NCBI GenBank assembly: GCA_046597055.1
Contig: JBKJLC010000079.1
Span: forward strand, 1 to 64,000
Direction: 5' to 3'
DNA from: Kofleriaceae bacterium
Lineage (GTDB): Bacteria > Myxococcota_A > Polyangia > Haliangiales > Haliangiaceae
Length of the DNA stretch: 64,000 nt
Made by a program: the position numbers and the translations under genes. Positions within the stretch are counted from its first letter, which is position 1. The number at the start of each line of letters is the position of its first letter. Below are positions 1-12,605 of the stretch, piece after piece. The notes under the pieces are model-generated. The model saw only the letters and a program-made list of their open reading frames with translations. It ran no database searches and was not told the DNA's origin.

Positions 1-115
1 ACCTGCTGCTGCAGCGTTGCGACCAGCGCGACGAGTTCGTCGTATGTGGGCGGCGTCGAGATCCTGGTATTCAGATCCGATCGCTGCGGAAGTCAAGCAG
101 GACGTGAACGGTTAC
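1..115 (-). mobile_element. Left end of an IS66-family insertion sequence (terminal IR plus N-terminus of a DUF6444-type transposase), continuing out of the window
   Basis: Minus strand from 115 reads GTAACCGTTCACGTCC, an IS66-like terminus, then TTGACT, then a frame reading STPPTYDELVALVATLQQQV, typical of IS66/DUF6444 transposase N-termini. No ATG is visible (ATC at 62-60). Confidence 0.65.
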
Positions 116-225
116 AATCGAACTTCTTCAAGCCGTCGCTGCCCAGGTCTGTGGGAAGTGGAATCGTTGCAAATCCGTGGCCGTCTGGACGTCGGCTAAA
201 GTTTCAATTTCTGAAGGAGCACTCA

Positions 226-606
226 ATGCAAATTCGCTATGTCATCATAAAAGTGGACGATCAGGACAAGGCTCTTGCCTTCTACACAAACGTCCTGGGC
301 TTCAACAAACAACAAGATCGTCCAGGTGACATTCGATGGTTGACGGTCTCCTCGCCCGAGGGAGCCGACGGCGTCGAACTGGTGCTTGAACCCAACCACT
401 TTCCGCCTGCGCAAGCAGCCCAGAAGGCACTGTATGATGGCGGATTCCCCGCCACCGTTCTGTCCTCGACGGACATTCAAGCCGACTACAAACGCTTGAA
501 GGCAGCCGGTGTTGTGTTTCACGGTGAACCTCGCCGCGTTGGCCCAGTCACGGCGGTTCGGTTTGAAGATACGTGCGGCAATCACATCATGTTGGTGCAG
601 CCATAG
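226..606 (+). CDS. VOC/glyoxalase/bleomycin-resistance family protein
   Basis: AAGGAG RBS then ATG at 226; VDDQDKALAFYTNVLGF, RWLTV and FEDTCGN motifs; visibly lower GC than the rest of the window. Confidence 0.9.
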   Translation: MQIRYVIIKVDDQDKALAFYTNVLGFNKQQDRPGDIRWLTVSSPEGADGVELVLEPNHFPPAQAAQKALYDGGFPATVLSSTDIQADYKRLKAAGVVFHGEPRRVGPVTAVRFEDTCGNHIMLVQP

Positions 607-1244
607 TATCCGACGCACGAGGCACGTTCTGGCGTGAGCGATCGCGGGGGCGCATCGTGACGGTCGATGGCGGACACGACCGGCAGGTGGCAGAAGCGGG
701 TGTTAGGGAGCCGGCCCGACGACGGGACAAGGACGGGACGGAGCGGGCTGCGTGATGGCGGTGGCCTGAGACGCCATCACGCATGGAAGTCGGCCCCGGT
801 CCAGCTGGTCGAGGACGATGACTCCGCGGTCGCAAGGGCTGGGCACAGGGCGAAGCCAGATTTCGCAGAAGGGGTGAAAGGCGAAAGCACGCGCGGGGGG
901 CCTGAGAAGCCGGCCGGCGGGCATACCTCGGAACGGTGCCAAGACGGCCTGGATTGCGTTCTGCGTTCGCAACTGCGAAATCACGTGCGAGCGGGCTGCG
1001 CCTGGGCATCGCCGCGGTCGCCGCGCTGATCGCGCGGCCGGCGGCGAGCGTGGTCGCGTTGGCGACCCGGCTCCGCGCGACGCCGCGCGCGGTGGCGCGC
1101 GCGATCGCCCCGCCCGCGATCGCGCCGCTGGTGGAGCACGACGCCGGCGGCCGCCTCACCGCCGCGCCGGGCGCGACGAGCGCCACCCTGCCCCGCCCGG
1201 ACCGGCTCACGCTCCCGACCGCGACCGCCGCAGCGCGTGTCGCG

Positions 1245-4207
<2,963 letters not shown>

Positions 4208-4373
4208 GGGATCAGCGCCACGGTACCCGGCCCGCGCGCCGGAGGGAAGTCGCCGACGGACGCGGCGAGCTCCGCCGGCCCGACCCGGATGACGCGGCGG
4301 CGGGACCCGATCTCGGCGATCGCGCGGGGCCCGACCGCTTGCGCCGCGCCCGCCGCCGATCGAAGGTGCCGCC

Positions 4374-5261
4374 ATGAGCGAGCGCTTCTCGGTCGACCGC
4401 ATCCGCGCCATCGCCGTCCTCGGCGCCGGCACCATGGGCAACGGCATCGCCCACGTCGCCGCGCTCGCCGGCCTCGACGTGCGGCTGTTCGACGTGGCCC
4501 CCGAGGGCGCGGCCACCGGCGTCGCCAGGATCACCGCCAATCTCGACAAGGGCGTCGCCCTCGGCAAGCTCGCCCCCGACGCCCGGGCCGCGGCGGTCGC
4601 CCGCCTGCGCGCCACCGCCGACCTCGCCGCCGCCTGCGCCGGCGCCGACCTGGTGATCGAGGCCGTGCCCGAGCAGCTCGCCCTCAAGCAGGAGCTGTTC
4701 GCCGCGGTCGACAAGCTCGCGCCCGCCCACGCCCTCTACGCGACCAACACCTCGTCATTGCCGGTCGCCGGGATCGCTGCCGCGGTCGCCGACCCCGCCC
4801 GCATGGTCGGCATGCACTTCTTCAACCCCGTGCACCTGATGAAGCTCCTCGAGGTCGTCCGCCACGCTGGCGGCGACCCCTCGGCGGTCGACACCGCGGT
4901 CGCCCTCGGCGCGGCCTGGGGCAAGACCCCGATCGTCGTCAACGACAGCCCCGGCTTCGCCTCCAGCCGTCTCGGCCTGGTCCTCGGCCTCGAGGCCATC
5001 CGCATGGTCGAGGAGGGCGTGGCCACCGCCGACGCGATCGACACCGCCATGAAGCTCGGCTACGGCCACCCCATGGGCCCCCTCGAGCTCACCGACTTGG
5101 TCGGCCTCGACGTCCGCCTCGGCATCGCCGACTACCTCTCCGACGCCATCGGCCCCGGCTTCGAGCCCCCGGCGCTCCTGCGCCGCCTGGTCGCCGACGG
5201 CAAGCTCGGCAAGAAATCCGGCGAGGGCTTCTACCGCTGGGTCGACGGCAAGCGGGCGTAG
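4374..5261 (+). CDS. 3-hydroxyacyl-CoA (3-hydroxybutyryl-CoA) dehydrogenase
   Basis: GAGTMGNGIA Rossmann motif, IEAVPE, NTSSL, GMHFFNPV, PMGPLELTDLVGLD. Confidence 0.95.
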   Translation: MSERFSVDRIRAIAVLGAGTMGNGIAHVAALAGLDVRLFDVAPEGAATGVARITANLDKGVALGKLAPDARAAAVARLRATADLAAACAGADLVIEAVPEQLALKQELFAAVDKLAPAHALYATNTSSLPVAGIAAAVADPARMVGMHFFNPVHLMKLLEVVRHAGGDPSAVDTAVALGAAWGKTPIVVNDSPGFASSRLGLVLGLEAIRMVEEGVATADAIDTAMKLGYGHPMGPLELTDLVGLDVRLGIADYLSDAIGPGFEPPALLRRLVADGKLGKKSGEGFYRWVDGKRA

Positions 5262-5499
5262 CGCGCGCGCACGGCCTCGCGACCGGTCGATCCCCGACCA
5301 ACGACCAGCCGGCGCTCGTCGTCGGGCGGCCGAGCTCGCGTTGGTGCCGGACGTCCTCGAGATCGCGGGGCCGCAGGCCAGGCTCGAGGGCCTCGACGAC
5401 AGCGCGCCACGCATCGGCCGATCTCGCTGTGAGCGCGCGCAGCCGCGCGATCGCCAGATCGCTGCCACGTCACTCGAGCTCCCGGGCGGTCGGTCGCGG

Positions 5500-5928
5500 C
5501 TACCACTCGCCGACGTTCGGCATCGTCGTCCACGGCTCCTCCGGGGCCCTGGCGTCGCCGCGCTGGAGGAGCTCGACGGAGATGAGGTCGGGCGAGCGGA
5601 CGAAGGCCATGCGACCGTCGCGGGGCGGGCGGCTGATGGTGTAGCCGTGTTCGATCATGCGCTGGCAGGCGGCGTAGACGTCGTCGACCTCGTAGGCGAC
5701 GTGGCCGAAGTTGCGGCCGGCGGGGTAGGGCTCGGTGTGGTCCCAGTTGTGGGTCAGCTCGAGCTGGGGGCTGTCGCCGGTGGCGCCGGGGTCGGCGAGG
5801 AAGATCAGGGTGAAGCGGCCGCCCTCGTGGTCGCGACGGCGGACCTCGCGCAGGCCGAGACCGTCGCAGAAGAAGCGCAGCGCGGCCGGGAGGTCGCGCA
5901 CGCGGATCATGGTGTGCAGGTAGCGCAT
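5500..5928 (-). CDS. gloA: Lactoylglutathione lyase (glyoxalase I)
   Basis: [46 protein letters not shown]. Confidence 0.88.
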   Translation of the reverse strand: MRYLHTMIRVRDLPAALRFFCDGLGLREVRRRDHEGGRFTLIFLADPGATGDSPQLELTHNWDHTEPYPAGRNFGHVAYEVDDVYAACQRMIEHGYTISRPPRDGRMAFVRSPDLISVELLQRGDARAPEEPWTTMPNVGEW

Positions 5929-5981
5929 CGGCTCCGGTATGTCAGCTGGCGGGCGGCTTGCCCAGCCCGCGCGCGGCGCCG

Positions 5982-7511
5982 CTACTCGCCGAGGGCGAAG
6001 AAGCTGCGGATGCGGCCGAGCAGGTCTTGCTTGACGGTGGCCAGGCGCTTCTTGCGGGAGTCGTCGGCCTGGTCGCGCGCGGACGCGAGGCCCTCGCGGC
6101 GCTCGGCCAGGATGTCGGCGACCTCCTCGGCGAGCTCGGGGCGGTTGCGCAGGAGCTGCTCGAAGAGCGGCTTGTCGAGGCGGTAGCACTCGAGGTCGCT
6201 GGCCGCGATCACGGTGGCGGAGCGGGCCTCGCCCGTCATCAGCGACATCTCGCCGAAGAACGTGCCGGGCCCGAGGCGCGCGACCTCGCGGCCGGCGTCG
6301 CCGGTGCCGATCCGCACCGCGGCCTCGCCGCGCACGATGATGTAGAGGCCGTCGTCGGTGTCGCCCTCGTGGGTGACCGCCTCGCCGCGCGCGAACGGCG
6401 CGTAGCGGAGCTGGTCGGCCAGGCGGTTGCGATCTTCGTCGCCGAGGGCGTTGAACAGGTCGACCTTGCCGACCGCGGCCAGCCGTCGCGCTTGCTCCTC
6501 GCGCTGCTTGCGGACCCGGCGATCCTCGTTGTCGTCGGTGACGAAGATCGCGTGGGCCGGGATCGCGAGGGCGATGCCGGCGCGCTGCAGGGCGAAGTAG
6601 ACGCGGGTCCGCACCTCGCTGTCGGTGGGATCGTCGACCGCGAGGTCGGTCAGCCAGTAGCGGACGGCGTAGACCGCGTAGCTGTCCTTGATGCCGAAGA
6701 AGAGGACCTGCGGCGGCGGGTCGAGCGCCATCCGCGGCACCGGGTCCGAGCCGAGCTCGCCGCGCAGCACCGCGATGACCTCGGTCGGCGGCGTGCGGTA
6801 GTCGACGTTGAACTCGAGGTGGCGGCGCAGCATCAGCGGCTCGCCGGTCCGGCGGCCGAGCACGATCACCACGCCCTTCATGAGCACCGAGTTGGGGACG
6901 ACCACCGTCTCCCAGCCGCGGGTCTCGATCGCCGTGTAGCGCCACCGGATCTCGGTGACCTGCCCGGTGGGCTGGCCGGGCCCGAGGTTGATCCAGTCGC
7001 CGACCTTGATCGAGCTGTCCAGCTGCAGCGCGAGGCCGCCCATCAGGTTGCCCAGGGTGTCCTGCATCGCGAAGCCGATCACCGCGGTCAGGACCGCGCT
7101 GGTCGTGATGAGGCCGGCGACCGAGAAGCCGGCGCGCTTGCCGACCGCGATCATCGCGACGATGCCGGCGATCGCGGTGACCACGTCGACCACGATGCGC
7201 GGGACCCGGACCCCGACCTGCGGCAGCGCGATCCAGAACACCAGGACCTGGACCAGCCCGATCAGCGCGAGCAACACGAACGCCAGGCTCGCCACCCACA
7301 CCGGGGTCGCGACGTAGCCCGACGCGTCGAGGCCGGCGCCGACCACGACCAGCACCATGTGCAGCACCAGCATCGCGGTCGGTACCCGCAGCCGGGTCCG
7401 CGCCAGCGGCGCGCCCACGCGGGTCGCCATGGAGACCACGCCCCACGCCAGCAGCGCCCACAAGGTGAGGCCGTGGCGTAGCTCGTGGAGGAGCACCTCG
7501 GGGAAGCTCAC
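5982..7511 (-). CDS. MscS-family mechanosensitive channel with C-terminal cyclic-nucleotide-binding domain
   Basis: TM helices; [15 protein letters not shown] and IKVGDWI (MscS); [17 protein letters not shown] (cNMP domain). Confidence 0.92.
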   Translation of the reverse strand: MSFPEVLLHELRHGLTLWALLAWGVVSMATRVGAPLARTRLRVPTAMLVLHMVLVVVGAGLDASGYVATPVWVASLAFVLLALIGLVQVLVFWIALPQVGVRVPRIVVDVVTAIAGIVAMIAVGKRAGFSVAGLITTSAVLTAVIGFAMQDTLGNLMGGLALQLDSSIKVGDWINLGPGQPTGQVTEIRWRYTAIETRGWETVVVPNSVLMKGVVIVLGRRTGEPLMLRRHLEFNVDYRTPPTEVIAVLRGELGSDPVPRMALDPPPQVLFFGIKDSYAVYAVRYWLTDLAVDDPTDSEVRTRVYFALQRAGIALAIPAHAIFVTDDNEDRRVRKQREEQARRLAAVGKVDLFNALGDEDRNRLADQLRYAPFARGEAVTHEGDTDDGLYIIVRGEAAVRIGTGDAGREVARLGPGTFFGEMSLMTGEARSATVIAASDLECYRLDKPLFEQLLRNRPELAEEVADILAERREGLASARDQADDSRKKRLATVKQDLLGRIRSFFALGE

Positions 7512-8206
7512 GGCTCGCTAGTCCTTCGACCGGGGGCTCGTGATCCCGCCCCGGCGCTGAGGGGCACCTGCCGCGGGAGGCGGGGGCCAAGGGCGACTGC
7601 CGGTTGTTCGGGACGCCATTCTGCGACGACCACTTGCACGGCTTGCAACCACCTGGTGGCCATCCTAACCCGGTCGTCCGCAGCCTGTACCGCCTCGCAT
7701 GGCAGCATGATGGCCCCACGATCGAGGTCGAGGCGCGCAGCGCGCGGTCCCAGGGCGACCTCGCGCGCGGGCTTCGGGGTTGCAACGCGGGCCGTCCGGT
7801 CGCGTTCACGCGTCCGACCACCGGACACCGTCTGCGACCTGCCCGCCGCGGGGTGTGGCGCTCCCGCGCAGGCGGCCTGGCCGCCCGGCCGCATGGCCGC
7901 AGCCAGACGTCCGATATCCGGACAAAGCAACCGGGCCAGCGTGGGGCGGTCCGGCTACGGGGATCGCGCGTCGAACCGACCGCCGCCGCCCTGACCCGGT
8001 GGCCCGCGCGGCCGCCCACCGCTGCGCGCTTGCTGGCTCGGGTTTCCACCTCGTGCCAGCGGTTCGGGCCTTCGCGGGCAGGAGTGGTCGAGTGCCTGCC
8101 AGGTTGGGGGCGGGGCCGGTGTCGCGACGATGGCGCGCACGCGGCGCGACCGCAACTTCGCCTGGCTCGGCCTACCGAGATCCCCCAGGATGCGCATCGA
8201 GTGGGT

Positions 8207-9124
8207 ATGCACGTGATCGACTGGTCGGGTCCGGCGTTCCTGTCGTTCTACCTCCTGGCAGTGGTGGTCGCGCTGGGCGCGTGGCTCGCGATCCGCGCGC
8301 GCCAGCGCGGCGTCGTGCGCGAGGGACCGCCGCCCGACCTCGACACCTACGAGCTGGCGTTCCTCCGGGGCGGCTTGGTCGCCGCGGTCGAGACCGCGAT
8401 CATCGCCTTGCACCGGCGCGGCACGGTGGCGCTCGACCCCGCCGGGTATCGTGGCGTGGCCAGCGCGCCGCCGCCCGGCGAGCACCGCTTCGAGCAGCGC
8501 CTGGCTGCGGCGCTCGACGGTGGCGCCGCGACGCGCCGCGACCTCGCGCAGCGGCTGTCCGCGACCGGCGAGGCGTCCGAGGCCGCGCTGCTCGCGCGCG
8601 GGCTGCTGGTGGATGCGTCGGTCCGCGCCGGGCAGAGCGTGATCGCCAAGCTCGCCCTCGCCGCGGTCTTCGCGCTCGGGAGCGTCAAGCTCGTCGTGGG
8701 CGTGGCGCGCGAGCGCCCGGTCGGGTTGCTCCTCGCCCTGCTCGCGATCACGGCCGTGGTGCTGGTGAAGCTGCCGCGCCTGTCACGCCGCACGCCGCGC
8801 GGCGACGACGCGCTCGCCCACCATCGCCGCCGCCACGCCGCGCTGCTGGTCACCGCCACCCACGCGCCCGAGCAGCTGAGCGACGACGCGGCGGTGCTCG
8901 CGTACGCGCTGGCCGGCGCGGCCGTCGGCGCCGCCCTGCTGGTCGCGCTCAACGGCCGGCCTCTCGCCGGTGACTCGTCGTACCCGACCAGCGCGATGAT
9001 CGCGGCCGGCTGCGGCGCTGCGTGCGGCAGCACCTTCAGCTGCGGCAGCGGTGGCGGGGGTGGCGATGGTGGCGGGGGTGGCGATGGTGGCGGGGGCTGC
9101 GGCGGCTGCGGCGGTGGCGACTGA
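8207..9124 (+). CDS. TIGR04222-domain membrane protein with Cys/Gly-rich C-terminal tail
   Basis: [26 protein letters not shown] and RRTPRG motifs; tail [18 protein letters not shown]...GCGGCGGGD. Confidence 0.88.
   Translation: MHVIDWSGPAFLSFYLLAVVVALGAWLAIRARQRGVVREGPPPDLDTYELAFLRGGLVAAVETAIIALHRRGTVALDPAGYRGVASAPPPGEHRFEQRLAAALDGGAATRRDLAQRLSATGEASEAALLARGLLVDASVRAGQSVIAKLALAAVFALGSVKLVVGVARERPVGLLLALLAITAVVLVKLPRLSRRTPRGDDALAHHRRRHAALLVTATHAPEQLSDDAAVLAYALAGAAVGAALLVALNGRPLAGDSSYPTSAMIAAGCGAACGSTFSCGSGGGGGDGGGGGDGGGGCGGCGGGD
9050..9096 (+). repeat. 18-bp tandem repeat (GGTGGCGGGGGTGGCGAT, ~2.6 copies) encoding GGGGGD units
   Basis: Read directly from the sequence. Confidence 0.9.
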
Positions 9125-9960
9125 TGACGGCGTGGGTGGCCGGCGCGGTCGGGCTGGGCTGGCGTCCCGAGACCGCGTGGCTGTGCGGGGACGGTGCCGC
9201 GGCCGGGGTCGACTTCGTCGAGGTCCTGGTCGAGAGCCTGCCGCGCGGCCCGCTGCCGACGCCGCTGGCCGCGCTGGTCGATGCTGGGGTGCCGGTGATC
9301 CCGCACGGCGTCGGCCTCGGCCTCGCCGGCGCCGAGCCGCCGTCGCCCGCGCGGCTGCGGCGGCTCGCGGACGTCGCCCGCGCGGTCGGCGCCCCGCTGG
9401 TGAGCGAGCACGTGGCCTTCGTGCGCGGCGGCGGGCGCGAGGTCGAGCACCTGTTGCCGGTGCCGCGCACCCGCGCCGTCCTCGACCTCGTGGTCGACAA
9501 CGTCCGGCGCGCGCAGGACGCGCTGCCGGTCCCGCTCGCGCTCGAGAACATCGCCGCGTTGTTCGGCTGGCCCGACGCCGACCAGGTCCCCGAGGGCGAG
9601 TTTCTCGCCGAGCTGCACCGCCGGACCGGATGCGCTCTGCTGGTCGACCTCGCCAACCTCCACGCCGACCGCCACAACCATGGCAGCGACGCCGAGGCTT
9701 TCCTGCGCGCGATCCCGCCGGCCGCGGTTGCCTACCTGCATGTCGCCGGCGGCGTGGTCCGCGACGGCGTCTACCACGATACCCACGCCCACCCGGTCGA
9801 CCGCGGGTCGCTCGAGCTGCTCGCGCGCTGGCGCGCGCTGCACGGCACGCCGCCGCCGGTGCTGCTCGAGCGCGATGCCCGCTTCGGCCCACGCGCCGGG
9901 CTCGAGGCCGAGCTGACCGCGATCGCGGCGATCGCCCGGGGTGTCCCGCATGCGGCGTGA
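9124..9960 (+). CDS. DUF692 / multinuclear non-heme iron-dependent oxidase (MNIO)
   Basis: ATG overlaps upstream TGA (TGATG); GLGWRPE, PHGV.L, SEH, LEN, DLANL, HVAGG, HDTH and LERD motifs. Confidence 0.93.
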   Translation: MTAWVAGAVGLGWRPETAWLCGDGAAAGVDFVEVLVESLPRGPLPTPLAALVDAGVPVIPHGVGLGLAGAEPPSPARLRRLADVARAVGAPLVSEHVAFVRGGGREVEHLLPVPRTRAVLDLVVDNVRRAQDALPVPLALENIAALFGWPDADQVPEGEFLAELHRRTGCALLVDLANLHADRHNHGSDAEAFLRAIPPAAVAYLHVAGGVVRDGVYHDTHAHPVDRGSLELLARWRALHGTPPPVLLERDARFGPRAGLEAELTAIAAIARGVPHAA

Positions 9961-10159
9961 CGAGCTGGCCGCGCGTCAGGCCGCGGTGGTCGCCGCGCTG
10001 CTCGACGGCGCCCCGGCGCCGGCCGGCGTCGACCTCGCGGTGGCGCGCCAGGTCGTCGGCCGCAAGCGCGCGCACCTCGCCGCGGACCGCCGCCGGCGCG
10101 GCCGCTGGGCGCGCGTGATCGCGTGGATGCGCACGGTGACCGCGCGGCGCGACCGGTAG
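9950..10159 (+). CDS. Small DUF692-associated partner protein (SCO6045-like)
   Basis: LAARQAAVVAALLDGAPAPAG.D...KR pattern; overlaps the end of the MNIO gene. Confidence 0.65.
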   Translation: MRRDELAARQAAVVAALLDGAPAPAGVDLAVARQVVGRKRAHLAADRRRRGRWARVIAWMRTVTARRDR

Positions 10160-10211
10160 CCGTCGCCCCTCCCGCCGGGCGCCGGGCGCCCTCGGGATCC
10201 CGCCCATCTTT

Positions 10212-10446
10212 CCGGTGTCCCTGAGCCAGGGCGAGCGCACGCGAGCTTGCCGTCGAAGGGCAGCCCGTCGGAGCGGCGTGCGGCTCCTTGCCGCTCTGCC
10301 GTTCGACGCGGCGCCTCCGGCGCCGGCTCAGGGACACCGGGAAAGGGTGAGCGCTTCCGATCACATTTGGACTTGTGATCGATGCTGAGGGGCGCCCTTC
10401 GACTCCACCCGTCGCTTTGCGCCGGGCTGCGCTCAGGACGAACGGG
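10212..10446. repeat. Cluster of three REP-like elements of the CCTGAGC...GTCGAA(G)GG type
   Basis: Perfect 16-bp IR at 10212-10227/10325-10340; inner CGTCGAA/TTCGACG; third copy CCCTTCGAC...GCTCAGGACGAACGG at 10395-10446. Confidence 0.8.
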
Positions 10447-10542
10447 GCATGGACTGCGGACCAACGAGCATGGCGCCGTCGTACGAAACGAATCCAGCGA
10501 GCGCGGGTCCGGTGTTCGAGTCCAGCACCGAGGACGAGCCGA

Positions 10543-10680
10543 GGCGGGGCCGAGGTCCCAGGCGCGCTCGTAAATTCCACGGCCGGGTGGTGCATGCGTC
10601 GGCGGGTTGGGGCAATGGCACCGGCGTGCGTCACGCCCGGGGACCCCGGATCGAGCAAGCGCCGGGACCTCGGCCCCGCC
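10543..10680. repeat. Long inverted repeat (MITE/REPIN-like)
   Basis: GGCGGGGCCGAGGTCCC (10543-10559) is the exact reverse complement of 10664-10680. Confidence 0.75.
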
Positions 10681-10827
10681 GACGGTGAGCCCGGCCGCGC
10701 GGGACCCCCGCACCCGCAGGGGTGGAAGCGGGAGCGCGTTCCAGTCACCGCGAGAGAAGTGATCAATCCCGAGGTCTGCCGTCGACACGGCGCTCGCGTC
10801 GGCGCAGGGCCACCGGAAAGCGAGCGC

Positions 10828-11841
10828 TCAGGTCAGGCCGACGCCGAGCAGCTGGCCGATGCCGTAGGTCGCGGCCCCGGCGGCCCCGCCGATGGCCAGC
10901 ATGCGCAGCCCGCCGCGCAGCGCGCCACGCCCGGCGAACAGGCTCAGCGTCGCGCCGATCGCGAGCAGGCCGGTGCCGGCGAGCGCGATCGACAGCGGTA
11001 GCGCCTGCGTCAGCGCCAGCGCGAACGGGGCCAGCGGCAGGCCCGCGCCGGCGGCGAACGCGAGGAACGACGACAGCGCGGCGCCGGTCGGCGAGCCGAG
11101 GTCGTCGGGGTTGAGGCCGAGCTCCTCGCGAGCGAGGGTGTCGAGCGCCTTGGCGTGATCGCTGATCAACGCGAGGGCCACGGTGCGGGCGGCGTCGATC
11201 GGCACGCCGCGGGCGGCGTAGATGAGCGCGAGCTCCTCGGCCTCCTCCTCGGGATAGCGGTCGAGCTCCTCCTCCTCCTGGCCGATCTGGTACTCGAACA
11301 TCTCGCGCTGCGAGCGCATCGACACGTACTCGCCCGCCGCCATCGAGAACGCACCGGCGAGCAGGCCGGCGATGCCGGTGAGCAGCACGGTCCGGTCGCC
11401 GGCGCCGGCGCCGGTGACGCCGAGCAGCAGGCTGGTGTTGGAGACCAGGCCGTCGCTCACGCCGAACACCGCGGCGCGCAGGGTCCCGCCGCCGGCGCCG
11501 CGATGGCGGGCGCCGATGCCCTCGGCGGTGGTCGGCATGGCATGGCCGCCGGCCGCGACCGGCCCGTCGTACATCGACATGCCGCGCACCTTCATCGCCG
11601 CCAGCATGCGGCGCGCGCGGCGGGGGCCGACCCGGCCGACGATCGCCGCCACCACCCGGGCCCGGAGCGACGGCGTGAACGCGGGCGCCGGGCCGCCCTC
11701 GAGGTAGCTGCCGCCCTGGCGCTCGGCGGCGACCGCGAGCTGCTCGAAGGTCGTGCGCTTGACCGGATCGGGCTCGTGGACGGCGACCACCCGGTACAGC
11801 CACGCCGACTCGATCTCGGCGCGCCAGCGCGGGTCCGACAT
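10828..11841 (-). CDS. VIT1/CCC1 family iron/manganese transporter with N-terminal ferritin-like extension
   Basis: LRAAVFGVSDGLVSN, AGAFSMAAGEYVS, EEAEEL..IY, REELG; N-terminal E..SAWLY..A..E. Confidence 0.92.
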   Translation of the reverse strand: MSDPRWRAEIESAWLYRVVAVHEPDPVKRTTFEQLAVAAERQGGSYLEGGPAPAFTPSLRARVVAAIVGRVGPRRARRMLAAMKVRGMSMYDGPVAAGGHAMPTTAEGIGARHRGAGGGTLRAAVFGVSDGLVSNTSLLLGVTGAGAGDRTVLLTGIAGLLAGAFSMAAGEYVSMRSQREMFEYQIGQEEEELDRYPEEEAEELALIYAARGVPIDAARTVALALISDHAKALDTLAREELGLNPDDLGSPTGAALSSFLAFAAGAGLPLAPFALALTQALPLSIALAGTGLLAIGATLSLFAGRGALRGGLRMLAIGGAAGAATYGIGQLLGVGLT

Positions 11842-12098
11842 GCGCGCAGTGTAGCGGGGGTCGCCGCGGCCACCAGCCGGTGCGCCCGCGTTCGCCGCGG
11901 GTACGGTCACCACCCGCGCTCACCCCGACGTAATGCCTACTCCGGCTTGACCTTCACCGCGGCGAAGGCGGCGTCGACCACGGCGGCCTTGCCGGCGACC
12001 TGGACGACCAGGTGCTCGTTGGCCAGATCGACCGCCGCGACCTTGGCGACCGCCGCCGGGGTCAACGACGCGATCGCGAGCGCCCGGCCGACGAAAAG

Positions 12099-12132
12099 GT
12101 TTGCATGCGAATCAAAAGTCATTAACATGCGA
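12099..12132 (+). promoter_or_regulatory. Probable MarR operator (tandem CATGCGAA near-palindromes)
   Basis: TTTGCATGCGAA and TTAACATGCGAA in an AT-rich patch directly upstream of the marR gene. Confidence 0.55.
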
Positions 12133-12137
12133 AGCAG

Positions 12138-12605
12138 ATGAGCGAGGCCCCGGTGGAGCGCCGCTTGTTCCTGCTGCTCGACCGGGCTGCCCACCGGGTC
12201 CGCGAGCGGCTGGAGCAGGTCTGCCGCGAGCGCCTCGGCATCACCGCGGCCCAGCTCGGCGCAGTGATGCACCTGGCCAGCCACGACGGCGCGCGCGCCA
12301 GCGAGCTGGCCACCGCGCTCGGCGTGCAGCCGGCGGCCATCACCGGCCTGTGCGACCGCATGGAGACCGCGGGCCTGGTCCGGCGCCGGCCGTGCCCCGA
12401 CGACGCCCGGGTCCAGCGCCTGTGGCTGACCGCCGCCGGACGCCGGGCCGGGGCCGGCTCGCGCCCGATCATCGCGGCCGCCAACCGCCGGCTCGCCGAG
12501 CAGTTCACCCGCGACGAGCTGGCCACCGTCGCCCGTTTCCTCGCCGCGATCGGCGAGCTCGACCTGGCCGCATCCGCGACCGACCATCCAGGAGCCGCGT
12601 CATGA
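12138..12605 (+). CDS. MarR family transcriptional regulator
   Basis: ITAAQL, ELA..LGV, DRME..GLVRR.PCPDDAR, LT..GR. Confidence 0.92.
   Translation: MSEAPVERRLFLLLDRAAHRVRERLEQVCRERLGITAAQLGAVMHLASHDGARASELATALGVQPAAITGLCDRMETAGLVRRRPCPDDARVQRLWLTAAGRRAGAGSRPIIAAANRRLAEQFTRDELATVARFLAAIGELDLAASATDHPGAAS

Noticed and set aside
667..1244. ORFs 667-1029 and the N-terminal part of 936-2810
   Set aside because: No recognisable motifs or convincing RBS; the longer ORF is antisense to the FAD oxidoreductase.
7512..8206. Long intergenic region as a site for a separate MNIO precursor peptide or riboswitch
   Set aside because: No short Cys-patterned ORF with an RBS and no recognisable riboswitch consensus.
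10200..10355. 6S RNA (long hairpin containing CCCTGAGCC/GGCTCAGGG)
   Set aside because: Better explained as two inverted REP-like copies, since a third copy follows; the usual zapA/ygfA context is absent. An Rfam search would settle it.
10470..10535. tRNA-like GTTCGAGTCC T-loop motif
   Set aside because: No matching T-stem, acceptor stem or D/anticodon arms could be built; only a CGGTG/CACCG hairpin.
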